Source of the DNA: Lytechinus pictus
Lineage: Eukaryota
Direction: 5' to 3'
DNA: 64,000 bases
Assembly: GCF_037042905.1 (NCBI RefSeq)
Contig: NC_087258.1
Coordinates: 23,622,001 to 23,686,000, forward strand
The position numbers were made by a program, and so were the translations under genes. The notes under the pieces are model-generated. The model was not told where the DNA came from and made no database searches. It saw only the letters and a list, made by a program, of their open reading frames with translations. Below, piece by piece: positions 32,301 through 44,143 of the stretch. Each line of letters begins with the position of its first letter. Positions within the stretch are counted from its first letter, which is position 1.

Positions 32301-35300
32301 AGAATTAGCTATGAAAATTGTCGAAATTGCTGTCAGATCTGTCAGAATTATTTCTGTCATCAAATGACTATAATCTTTATCATAATAATATTACGATCAT
32401 TATTATCATTATCATTATTGTCATTATCATTATTAGTCATGATTACAACACATAAATAATGTTTTTTTTCATCACTGCTGTTTTCTTTGTAACCTAATGG
32501 GATGATAATTCTTAATAATGGTGATAATTACAATTGATGGCACTGCTAGTACACTAAATACTGCTGCTGCTGCTACTGCTACGTATTGTTGACTGGTAAA
32601 ATCGACCATTAGTGTAATTAAATATACAGAAAAATCTATTACGTATATTTATATTTATTAAGTACAAAATATAAAATGCCTTGAAATTTCAAGGCTCAAA
32701 ATCCTCAGGCCAAGGCTTTGAAAACGTAGGCCTTAAGGCCAAGGCCGAGGCACTACAATACAGGCCAAGGCACTACAACACAGCTGTGAACACGTTGTGA
32801 ACACCTTTTAAACACTCTGTGAATTCACTGTGAACACGATGTGGGACACACTCTGTGACATGTGTTTTTCCAATAGTTATAACTCAATGATGAATTTACT
32901 GTTGCCCCCGCAGAGGCATGCAGAGGCTTTAAGGTACGTGATGGTATATAGTCGTGGTGGTGATCATGATGGAAAGGACGAAATAAGATAAAAGTAGAAG
33001 AAGATTAAGAAGAGGAAGAAGAAGCAGAAGCAGAAGGAGAATAGAGAAATACAGAAAAAGATAGATTGACAAGAGTGTAGTTCATTAAAAATTTGAGTGA
33101 AATATGAGTCATGAAGTAGAAGATAGTGTTAACGTGTTTCATGAAATATTTTACAAATATATTCTGTATTTTTCCTTCATGAAAGCTTTTCGTGTTGCCC
33201 CTAGAAACTTCTAAATTTCAATAGATTCTTTGATAATTAGAATAAAAACAATACTACTATGTAGTGATTTTGGAAATTGGGTGATAGTCAAAACATGGGC
33301 GCAAGATCTATGAAATGCTAAATTGCTGGTTTTTTTAAACCTTATTTTGGTTTACCTGCAGTACTGATGCTAGATTTTATACCACTTAACTACCATTTAT
33401 CATTGTTTATAATCAAGCTGTAATTTGAACTGACAAAGAGTTAATATATGCATGTAAGAATATCATATACAAAATTGGATTTCCTTTTGTGTTTTATTTA
33501 TAATTCAAATTAACACAGGACACTTTACTGGACACAAGGAAGGGCTGTTCGAAGTTGTTCATATGAGGGATTGAATAAGAGAACACTGTTTACTTTATCT
33601 TCAAATATTGGAGATTTGGCCCTCAACGTGGACGGTTAGTATCTTTACCAGTATACATCTAAAATAAATCTAAATCTAAATAGAGCCTCGTTGATCTGGC
33701 GATGCACAGCGGCTGCCAGGCCCACAATCAATTGGGCAAAGCAAAATTTTGGAGTATTTCATTTCATGACTATTTCGAACAATAGAATATGGATTTCCAG
33801 TTTCATTTTTTTATAAAAGCAAAAACAAGATATAACAAATGTGACCGAGGTAGGGATAGTGTAAGCAAGAAGCTCATTGACTATCCTTTTCGTTTCCTTT
33901 CAATCATTCCGACAGGAGGTATATTGTTCTTCTGTGAAGGCTCTTTTGTGAAGACGTATGATTTGATCTCTGGTGGATCGCAAGTAACGAGTTACGAGCG
34001 ACTGTCTTCTTCTACTTGCAGGAGTTTGTCATGGTTTGAAGGTGATTTATACATGGCCTCTGGTCGTCCCACTTTCAGCATCAAGGATGGTGACACGGAT
34101 AGCGTGTCACAGGTTGCTGTAAGTCCGTCACGTCCTTCTACGTCGAAAATCGTCGTCGGCAGGAGATCAGCCCAAGGTATTATATGCATGATATGATCGA
34201 AGAATTATTCTGACTGGACATAATTTTTACGGCGAACTGGTAATAATGACACCCAATTAGGAAAGGTTACTGACAATAAAGCGTGGACCATCTACTACAG
34301 ATTAACTAAGAATGACAGTCTTTCTTTGATCACATCATTATGTGCATGTTGATTGAGAACATGAATTTATCGCAACATGTCCGTTATGTCATGACAAAAC
34401 ATCACACACAAAAGGACCTTTAACATTTCGTCTCATTTTTTCCGCTCAGATGTGATTGCCGCAAGATTACCTAGGTTTTTTCACCATGATACAGGAACAG
34501 CCAAAAGTGTATGCGACTTGAAATTGATCATTACAGAAGTACGAAAATACTGATCATGCACGCATCTGACCCAACCTAACTTTAGAAAATGCACATTCTT
34601 GAATTACTGTTCGATTACTCATACTCCAGGAAAGGAATTGTCTTTTAAATAAACATGACGATCACTGCTTTTGTTATAGCCGAAATTACAGCTCTCTCTT
34701 TGAGACTACTTTTATATTCCATGGGAAATTGCATAAAATTCATGCTTAAACCAGAACTGCACATGATTTCGCTTGATCATTGTTGATTGTCTGTTGCTTC
34801 ATTTGCGCTTGCATTTTGTGAATTTCGGAAAGTTCAAATAATAAATCGTGATCATGGGCACCCCTTGGGGTTCCAATGACATAATTTGATTTGCAATCTG
34901 CACGTTAAGCCAAACATAAAACCTAACCTAAAATATAAGATGAAATCATAATGCTTGTCTTTAGATTATTCTGAACAAAAATCCCAGCCCTAACACTATA
35001 CCCTCTTGAATATTAAGACCGGAGCCATATTGTCGCAGGAGCATATGTCGTGTCATCTCTCTTGAAAATACAAGGCCAATTTTATTTATAATTAATTTGC
35101 GGTAGTTATTCAGCGTTTTGGGCCCCGTGGCATAAAGGTTACTATCATGGTATAACTTTGCCATCCAGTGGTAAGTACCATGGTAACGCTGATCAACAGC
35201 AAATCAGAATGCAAGTGACCATTGCATGGCAAAGTTACTATAATATTAACCTTTATGCAACGGGGTCCTGGAATTGATTACAGATCTTGGAGGCGGAAGG

Positions 35301-38300
35301 TGCGACTTCGATAGCATCAAATGTCAATGGCGATTCGAAAACTCCAAGTCGAACGACTTGGACTGGATAAAATGGGGCCCCGAACAGGCCACTAGGAACA
35401 GAACAGGACCGAATAAGACGGATCGCACTGCACTGAGCCAAAGTAAGTCAGAATAACACGAACAAATATCCTGCCGTGATTAAAATTTAAGGACTGGATA
35501 AACTGGGCATCTAACCTAAAATGGGTTAGTGACTCTAGTTGGTCGCATAAGAGCCCCTTTATATTATTTATATTGTTTACTCTTATAATTGAATATTTTC
35601 GCCGCAAAGAAACACCTTTTCAGTAACGTATTGGAAAAAAGATTATAATACACTCTAAAAACACTGAGTAAAACTTTACCCACTATTAGGTGGGAACATG
35701 CATGTTTGCTGGGTATTTGTTTTTACCCCATATTGGGTTATTTCAAGGCAACATTGCGTTAAATTGACTCCATACTGGGTATCTTTTTACCCAACCAGCA
35801 TGTTCCCATTTTACCAAATATTGGGTAAACCTTTTTTAGAGTGTACAGGTTATCGCCTCCCCCCAAAAGATATAAAATTGTCCACATGCTGTGAGATCAG
35901 TCCCCATTTGAAATTACTTCATCTTTATCAAATTCTATCACTACCTACACATGTCTAATAATCACAATAAGCAATTCGTAGAGACACATAATGTCATATA
36001 AAACGGTCTCTATGCGTGAAGAATTGTTTTCTACAGGGATAATATATGTGTTTCTTAAAAAGATATGTTTTTAACACAGATCTGAATCTTGTTGAAATTT
36101 TATTGATCTTAAATTATGAAGCAGATTGTTCCAGAATTTTGGAGCCATTTCCCCAAAAGCTCTATCACCAAAAGTCTTGGACTTTACTCGTATTTCAGAG
36201 AGAAGTTCCTTTGAACGAAGATTTCGACTGGGTTGATATTTTCAGAATAAATCAACAGCGCAATGCATTCTGTCTTTCTCATCTTATTTCTTAGTTGGTC
36301 AATACATGCTTCTGAACACGAGCGGTTCTGGTCACTTACCTGGCGATTTGGCGTTTCTCATCAGTGAACCTGTCGACGCCTCTGGCCCAACACCCAAATG
36401 CGTCCAATTCTGGTACTACATGCATGACGTCATCAACAGTTCCCTCACGGTCCTCTTCGAACAGGTTCTAAACGAGACCACTGGTGAGACCAAGCTTACT
36501 CCTCTATGGTCTGCGTTTGGCAGCCAGCCAAAGGAGTGGGTCGGTGCAGAGTTCGAAGTTTGGACAAGGGGAGTCGGACGCGTTCATATCAGTGCGGTAG
36601 TGGGTGATCCTGCGTTGAACATCATTGGTATCGATGACGTTTACTTTGGAGAATGTCATCAGGGTAAGAGTCGCATAATTCCAAATAACTTTGTGACATC
36701 ATTATTATAGACCCGTGAATTTTTAAAGGGGATTTTAAGTAATTGTTAGAGGTCATACTAGAATTATAATTATCTTACTGACGAAAATGGTCGCGCTCGC
36801 AAATAAGCTTTGTCAATCACACCTGAATAGGGATATTTTGACAACTTTATGAAAGACATGAAATGAATAGGTACTTCACAAATCAAATAATGGGAACGCT
36901 CAGTGCAAGTTGCAAAAAATGAGATATTTAGATCACGAAACGAGACATTTTTCAGAGAACTTGAAAAAAAATTGTAAATCAAACAATATAATGAAAGGTC
37001 GATGTCCGATCTAAAATATGTTTTGTTTATTGAAGTCAAGATATTTTAAACTCCATTTTAGCTTCTTGAGCAAGATCTGTATTTCATCGTACAGGCAATG
37101 CACGCGCGAAGCGCGAGCGATTTTTTTTTCTAGTAACTTGAAAGCTTTTTTATTTTCCAAGTCTTCTCACTATTTATACTCACTCATTTTCCTCCTCTTT
37201 TCTTTTTTTCTTTCTTTCCCCCTTTTTTTTTTCTTTTTGTTCTTACTTGGCAGCCCCCCCGGGGGATAGTATACCCCCGTAGATCCGCCACTGGCAGTTT
37301 CGTCCGACGTTTGAGATCTGAAGAAATATCGCAAACATGTCGTTTGTCCAGAGATACAGACGAAACTGCTGTTTCCATTCACCGACCCTCGACAAAGACT
37401 TCATTATCTTGGACATATTGAAGGGCATTTGACAATATGTTCTCTACGTTTCAGAAAGTGTCTGTTGCTAAAACTTTCCTGATCATTCCTGCTGCCATTA
37501 GGATCACCATTTTCTCCTCTGACAGATTCCGGGCTGGTGTGTGAAGACTCGTCAATGACTGTTTACCTGGATAAAGCGAGGCTTGGAATCTCCAGCCACG
37601 ATAAGGTCTTATTCAAGAACTCTCTCTGTCAAGGGGATGAGTATGATGCATACACGGTTGCCATAACGACGCCATATAATGGATGTGGTACAACAGTCAC
37701 CGTAAGTACATAGAGGGCTATTCCTGAATCTTTGGTTTTTTTAATATAAAGTAAAGAAAAACTGTGTTTGGCACCATGCTGAAACATGGACTCTGATTCT
37801 AAGAGATCGGAAGCATTCGAGATGTGGATATGGCGACGCATGCTTAAAATGAAGTGGTCAGGGAGACTGTCAAATGCAGGAGAAACACAAAGCCTCCTGA
37901 ACACATAGACATAAAAAAGCATTGGTCACATATTAGGACATGCGTGATATGATTGAGGGCTGTGGGTGGATGGGAAAATAATACTTGAAGGCCAAAGAAC
38001 ATAGAAGTTGGACATGATCAGAAATGGTCACAAACTAAATCAAAAGCTCAAGACGGCGAGTAAACAATGGAAATGATGGACCTTTTCAATTATGGAAATG
38101 TCACACTGACATAACACTAAAGCTTGATGATGACTGAAAAACAGTACTCTGTATGCGTTTTATTTTTGTACTGATTTACCATTGTTATTATCCTTTTGTA
38201 GAAACCAGGTCGAAGAGACGAAAACTTCACATTCACGGTTGTTTCATCCGTTTAAAGATTCACATAATGAATACTCGGACAAATATTAGATACGTGGAAC

Positions 38301-41300
38301 ACATACAGAGTAGTAATTTCACCTTCTCCTAATTATTCATTGGCATCTATTTTCAGGAGAGTGATGACGTCATTATTTTCTCAAACGAAGTAAAGGTGAT
38401 GATTCAGTCGGACCTCCGCAGCTCCGGTGTGTCTATCCGGATAAACTGTTCGTTGAGTCGGACCTATCACGTGGCAATGACGTACTTGGCGCATGCGTGG
38501 ATCAGGTATATCAAGGAGGACGGCTACGGCAATTTCTCTGTTCGCATTCGTCAATATACGAATGTGAATTTCGAAGATGCATATCCAGGCAATTCCTTCC
38601 CTCAACAGGTGGGCACATTCGAAATAGAATTTCAATTTCTCATCCCGAATATAAAGAAAAATTTCTCATGTGATGGGTGTCTTCTTGCATTGTCGTATTT
38701 CAAGCTGAAAATGGTTTAAGAAAGAACTGTGATTATTAAATCCTTTGTCAATTAAGGTAATTTCATGAATAATGAATTTTCACTACAAAGTGACATTTTG
38801 GAGGAATGTAGCCAAATGATACGGGAAGTTCACTTTGACGCTTCTGAAAATAACGGAATGCAACATAATTCCATTTTTCTGGTATTGACATATCACTCAC
38901 CTGAAATCCAATCACGGCGGAGCAATTAATTATGGAAAACCCGGGTAGTGCACTATGTAATGCGTGGGTGTACACATTGAGTGATCGTTGGTATGTCGGC
39001 ATTTAAAATTCATTGAGGGTCTTTTCACACGTGAATCTTGAATTATCATTGTAATGATGATTGCTATTGTAATCGTGACTGTGATTAGCGTTTGTGATTT
39101 GTTCTAGTTTGGTGCTAAATATTCGTCATTAGTTATTTGTCTCTGGAATCATCATTCAAATTACGATTTTTTTTAATGGGTGAAAGGGCGGTTAGTGTGT
39201 TCTACACTGGGCTTCCAGCAACACCTATTTTGAAATTTTTGAACCAACTCGGTTCTAGATTAGTTCTAGATTAAGATTCAGGTAATGTTTGTAAATCATT
39301 TCATATTCTAATTTCTCTTGTGATTAGACGATTTCTTTATTATTTTATTCTGTCATTTGAAACTAATCCCCTCCGTAGGTTGACATAGATAATATGATTT
39401 ACATGGCAACAGAAATGGTCGCCATAGTAGATGTTGTGGATACCATACAAAATACCCGTTGCTGGGCAACGCCTTCACCCGATCCTTTGGACGCTATCAA
39501 CCGTGATATCATAAGCGACGGGTAAAAAATGAATTTCATATCTCATGTGTCATCTTTACTATTATTATTACTATCATCATCATTATTATTATTAGTGGCA
39601 GTAGTAGTCGTAGTTTAAGTAATAGTGGTAAAAGTAGCATTGTTACTATTGTTATTATTATAATTATTATCAATTTCCAATTATCATGGCTACCACTATC
39701 ATAAACATCGTAATTATCATTTTTATCAATAGAACTTCTATAATTACTTGCTATCGGTATACTATTTTTGCCATCAGAATCAAAATCATGATTTCGGTTC
39801 ATGTTACCATTCTTCTTCTTACTATTATATTGACTTAATTGATATCTGACACAGCCATTTTCTTATGCATTCAAGTTTACAAAAAAAAAATAGTTAAAGC
39901 AATCTGCGAAAATGAAACAAAAGGTAAAAAGAGTGTAATCTAACATCAAATTATTGCAAAAGGGTTGCCATCACGATAAAAAGATGTGGTTGATAGAACA
40001 AATCGATTTTATATGATTTTCTTTGCATAATGACATTTAGATAATCACTGTGCTGTCAAATAGGATATATGATTGGCAAAAAATATTTATAGTGTAAAAG
40101 AAATGTACAAAAACATTTATCATGTACAAGAAATATGCGAAAATATGCAATATCAATGTATGTGTAGGCTTACAAGAATAATTTTATTATTGAACATCTA
40201 CACCGGCAACCATAGACTAGGTATATTAATAAGTGTGAAAGTTTCCTCTAGAAAAGATAGGAATAAACCATCACTTTCATTTCAGCCGTGGTTTGGTTTT
40301 AGTATTAATGCGCATTATTTTGGAGATACCATAAAAATGATACTGGATGATGTATGGTGTCTTTAATTTCTTAATCAGCTGTCCCATTGGAGATGACATC
40401 GAAGTCTACTCTCTTTTAAGACACGGTCTTCAGGCTTTCTCATTCAAAGCGTTTGCCTTTTCTTCGGACAAAAATCTGGTAAGATATTCCATTACATGCT
40501 ATACCTATAGTCACAGAGTTGACAATAATGCATGGTTTAATTGTTATTTCGTCGATAAATTTCAAAGAACAAATTGATTCGTTATTTTTTTATAATGCAA
40601 AATGTTTATGAAGCGCAGGACTGATGTAGCGTTAATTTAAAATGATTTTCTTTTTTTTATATGACTCTTGCGGAAAAAAAATCAAGAGTATTGCCTTTCC
40701 ATAGCATGACACGGTTCTTTTATTGAAAATCACCAAAATACGCTTTTCCCTCAAAATAATCAGCATAATTTAGGTCACAGAAATGATATACATAAAAATA
40801 CAATCCACGAATAATTTTGTGAAGAATTGCTTTCAAAGTGTAACAAAGTCTCCCGTAAGCAAATAATTGATTAATTAAAATCTTGAAAAGATTTGATTTC
40901 CAAATGCCATTATAAAGCACTAGCCTGTTGGGTGCTGTCATTTCATTCCACGTAATTAATAGATTCTCATAATTAATTATCTATTATGTTGATCTATATT
41001 TCTACCCTTGTTCGTTCGTAGATCTATGTTCATTGTGACATCATCATCTGTCACGATTCCAACCAATTGGCGTGCAGCTCAAATTGTAGCCATTCTCGCC
41101 CAGGACGAGAAACTCGCGATACGCGAAATTCTGGGTTTGGCCCATACACAGTTTCTCGGGGACCTTTCATTTTTAAGACGGCTCGGACTCATCAGAATTG
41201 TAAGTCGATCGAAAAACCGAACATATACCATCAATATTATAATAATAATAATATTTATAACAACAACAACAACAACAACAACAATAATAATATTAATTGT

Positions 41301-41674
41301 ATGAAGCATTGTAAATTTTGGTACTTCATTATTATCATTCTTTGGCATTTCTGTTGAGCCATTTTTCAAAATTATCGGTAATATTCAAACGCGCATATTT
41401 TGTTTAATAAATTGTACGGTCCTAAATACCTTTACGATCGCCGTAGGATTAGTAGTAATAAATGGTATGGAATCGTTCGTACGGTGTTCGTAAAGGCTTT
41501 TGTGACCGTAGCATAATATATGCCTTCGAGAATTTATATTTTTTTTCTATTGCAGATGGCGCCCCCGTGAACATCTTTCTACTTTCAGCACTCGTCTGCA
41601 TCACCGCTCTCTTCCTGGCAACTGTTTTCATGGTGGCCTTCATCTACGCGCGAATGAAAAGGGGGACGGCATAA
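23337..41674 (+). CDS. YWTD beta-propeller + MAM + ZP-domain type I membrane protein, 786 aa; exons 23337-23391, 24796-24834, 26373-26588, 28711-28888, 33519-33634, 33916-34176, 35284-35442, 36295-36663, 37526-37701, 38357-38608, 39379-39521, 40379-40478, 41022-41199, 41556-41674
   Basis: 14 GT-AG exons join without stops (2361 nt). Signal peptide (MIEGLNMVRLPWLVFILQGFLLNVSSSSA). LDLR class B repeats (GLDFD..IFWTD, IAID..IFWTH, IVLD..LYWTQ). MAM (CDFDSIKCQW..LDW..TGP, CVQFWYYM, IGIDDV). ZP-N/ZP-C (VCEDSSMTV, GCGT, RCWATPS, DGCP, FSFKAFAF, IYVHCDIIIC). Furin-like RETR, EHP VSRGPFIF, TM helix and short basic tail. An alternative start at 23355 is possible. Confidence 0.9.
23759..24515. mobile_element. 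TTAA MITE (TIR AGGTCAAGTCCACCCCAGA), interrupted by a SINE
   Basis: TTAA plus ~130-bp TIRs; other members at 26876-28682 and 31357-32213, fragments at ~5520-5660 and 6600-6645. Confidence 0.85.
23849..24019 (-). mobile_element. SINE with 7SL(Alu-domain)-like head, B box, Deu/Nin-like core and (CA)n tail, copy 1
   Basis: Minus strand reads AACTGGGCGTTGTGGCGTGCGCCTGTAATCCAAGCTATGCGGGG...GGTTCGAGCCC...GTCTTTCGGATGGTGACGTTAAA...ACACACAC. It cleanly interrupts the host MITE sequence GGATGT|AAAATAAG. Confidence 0.8.
25170..26176 (+). repeat. G/T-rich degenerate minisatellite (GGGTGGGT / TGATAGAT units)
   Basis: ~1 kb of ~25-35-bp degenerate units with strong strand asymmetry. Confidence 0.9.
26876..28682. 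mobile_element. TTAA MITE carrying a nested TTAA MITE (27168-27760) and a LINE 3' fragment
   Basis: Outer TIRs belong to the AGGTCAAGTCCACCC family. Inner element AGGGGAATACAGCC...GGTTGGATTCCCCT has TTAA TSDs at 27164-27167 and 27761-27764. Confidence 0.8.
27953..28635 (-). mobile_element. CR1/L2-group LINE 3' fragment
   Basis: ORF2 C-terminus-like IFMYKY..LP..F..MF..N...YNTR...KLWNS...FK, followed by a 3'UTR, AATAAA and an (AATTGA)n tail. Confidence 0.75.
29723..32783. mobile_element. hAT-type non-autonomous element with (AAGGCC)n subterminal repeats, hosting further insertions
   Basis: Termini CAGTGTTGTAG / CTACAACACAG; 8-bp TSD CTGTGAAC (29715-29722, 32784-32791); inserted in a GTGAACAC-repeat element. 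Confidence 0.75.
31357..32213. mobile_element. TTAA MITE with a duplicated right end and an inverted copy of its left flank
   Basis: TIR ends at both 31960 and 32213; 31965-32137 is the reverse complement of 31179-31352. Confidence 0.85.
35651..35843. mobile_element. MITE with CACTCTAAAAA termini and TA TSD (CACTA/EnSpm-like)
   Basis: TA|CACTCTAAAAA ... TTTTTAGAGTG|TA with internal TTTACCC/GGGTA repeats. Confidence 0.7.
37760..38135 (+). mobile_element. Degraded RTE-like LINE 3' fragment
   Basis: Residual AETWTL ... EAFEMWIWRRMLKMKW and a (TGA)n tail. Confidence 0.6.
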
Positions 41675-41884
41675 TTAATTGATCACATGATAATATCATG
41701 TCACGTGAATGTGTTTCTGCTACCAAATCACGTGACACGGATCGATATTAATATTAGATTCAGACGGGTTCTAAATCAGTATTTACAATGTATCACAGCT
41801 TGAGGAGAACACCTGCGTACGCACGTCTTCATGTCAATGAACGCTGTCTCGGGCGACCTTCCTGAAATTTATATTTTTTGTGAT

Positions 41885-42183
41885 CTTGGCTTTCAGTCAG
41901 CACCGGGGTCAGCACCACCTGTACTCTGGAATAAACTGCGTAATAATCTGAGGGCCAATGTACTTCCACCTTTGTCAAATCTTTAAAAAACATACTTGTT
42001 CTCATGTTAGATTTTTTTTGTTTAGGAAAGGTATATTACAATGTTACTTTTTCATTTAGTATTTATGTATGTTATTCCAGGTATACCTGTATTAGACTTA
42101 ATTACCTCTTTTGTAAAGCGCATAGAGATTCTGTAGAATATTATGCGCTTTATAACCATCTATTATTATTATTATTATTATTA
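41885..42183 (+). mobile_element. Degraded L2-like LINE 3' end
   Basis: LWNKL remnant, TGTAAAGCGCATAGAG...ATGCGCTTTATAA 3' motif and a (TAT)n tail. Confidence 0.5.
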
Positions 42184-42446
42184 ATCATATCGACAATATA
42201 CCATACTTTGTTGCAGTGCATATTAAAGCACAAGAATAAAATGTAAGTCTAGATCATCGTTGTGATCTCATAAAAGGAAAAGGGAAACACATGAGTAAAG
42301 AGAAGGAACATAGGCACTATTAATTTTTTACATGATGGATGAATTGGTATATCTTTTTTTAAAAGGCTCTTAAAGTACTAATGTTTGACGAGGTAATAAC
42401 TCTGCTGCGATCGCGTGCATGGCCCGTATTCTGAACTCGGGTTTAA

Positions 42447-43381
42447 GGACGTTCCACAGTTAAAATGAAATCCATGTCATTTTCACCAAACTTCGCACAT
42501 AGATAATTTAGAACTTGAATATTCGAAATATGCAAAAATTAACATAGGTCCATGTGCTTGATTTTTTGCTATAGAACTTCAAAGTTCACCCAACTGGATG
42601 TTCTTACGAATTGCGCATTCAAAAGAATTTGGCATTTTTAAACTTCGCAAGATCACTACAATGAGTTTAAACCTCTATTACTCAGTCAAAATACATGAAA
42701 AAGTCATCAAATTTCGCACGTGAGTTAATAATGGTATCGTTAGAATGGAGAATCTATTTATAGTGCTATTTGTTTGCAATTTTAAGTCTAACAGCACTGT
42801 CGGTTCCTAAAAATGGCGTTAAACATAACAAAAACCCAATCTCAAAAATGTGAAATTTTAATAACAAACTACAAAAGTACAATAAATGCTGCACTTTATT
42901 CAAAATCCATGTCATTTTCACCAAAATTTTCAAAGTTGTAGAGAAAGGTATACCGAAGAGGTGCAAACATTGAAAAATAGGGGTTAATGTGCTTGTTTTC
43001 AAACTATCAGCATTTTAATTAGAGCAAATGTGCTTTTTAAAACACCAAAAATGTGCCAAATGCTTTGTATCTATGTGAAGAAAAAATCAAACCACTCTAC
43101 CATTTATTCCAACTCGGGGTCATATTCGTGATTTTTGGCAGCACTGAAGAGTAAAGTATTTTGAAATTGCAGAGATATTTTTTTTAATGGTCCATGGAAT
43201 AATAAAAGTTTTTTAGCTTCATAAAATAACGCATCGGATCTGTAGTTAGAGTGCAGATGATGAGAAAAATCAGTTCATATCCACATCTAATTAATCACCT
43301 GTTCATCCATTGTGACGTCAGCGCGCAGAGTGTAAAATATGCGCAGATCATAATGCGCACTAACATAACTGTGGAACGTCC
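42447..43381 (-). mobile_element. 935-bp TTAA element, copy 2 (inverted), nested inside a Harbinger-like MITE (~42420-43673)
   Basis: Same TIR, TSD and length as 12984-13918, and collinear on the reverse strand. Host MITE termini are GGCCCGTATTCTGAA ... TCAGAATACCGTCCC. Confidence 0.88.
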
Positions 43382-43688
43382 TTAAATTAAACCGTGGTTT
43401 AACGTTGTGGTTTAACTATGGAGAGCCAATTGGGGCACAAAATCCCTAACGGTACCCATCAAATTTGTTAACTCACATGACACCCAAATTGTTCGTAATT
43501 GTTTGTGAATGATAAATTAAGCATTGTGAAGTATTTTTCTTCATTATGACAGCAAAGTAATGAACATGGGAAATATATAATAAAAACATAATTTGGAATA
43601 TTTGGCTCCCATAATTTTAGCACAGAGTTAGACCATGGTCTATTTATTGAACCTGACATCAGAATACCGTCCCATGTGTTTGAATTTT

Positions 43689-43973
43689 TAATAATAATAA
43701 TATAGGATATTTATATTGCGCACATATCCACCATGTCCACCTTGTTAGGTGCTCAAGGCGCTCCTATATTACCCGGCTAAGCTAGGCGTTCATAGCGCAC
43801 ACAGCTTTCTAAGGAATTACTTCCTACCGGTACCCATTTACCTCACCTGGGTTGAGTGCAGCACACTGTGGATCAGTTTCTTGCTGAAGGAAATTACGCC
43901 ATGGCTGGGATTCGAACCCACGACCCTCTGTTTCAAAGTCCGAAGACTAATCCACTGGGCCACAACGCTCCAC
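43689..43973 (-). mobile_element. tRNA-derived SINE
   Basis: A box TGGCCCAGTGG, B box GGTTCGAATCC, (TAT)n tail; nearly identical to 56654-56933. Confidence 0.9.
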
Positions 43974-43979
43974 GTTTAT

Positions 43980-44143
43980 AGACGTGTATCAATCAGATAT
44001 GAGTATTTACATGTGGGACCGATCCCTATCGTCACCATTTGAAAGACTAAACCCAGGGTTCGAACCTCGAACCTTTGCATCAATTTGTAACAGGCCGGGT
44101 AACAGGTAGCTTGGATGACAGGCACACGCCACAACGCCCAGTT
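43980..44143 (-). mobile_element. 7SL-like-headed SINE, copy 2
   Basis: Same 5' end (AACTGGGCGTTGTGGCGTGTGCCTGTCATCCAAGCTAC) and body as 23849-24019, diverged; a 3' fragment also lies at ~48560-48675. Confidence 0.75.

Noticed and set aside
43749-44042. Near-identical ORFs MLKALLYYPAKLGVHSAH… here and at 56543-56878
   Set aside because: Antisense translations of two SINE copies.
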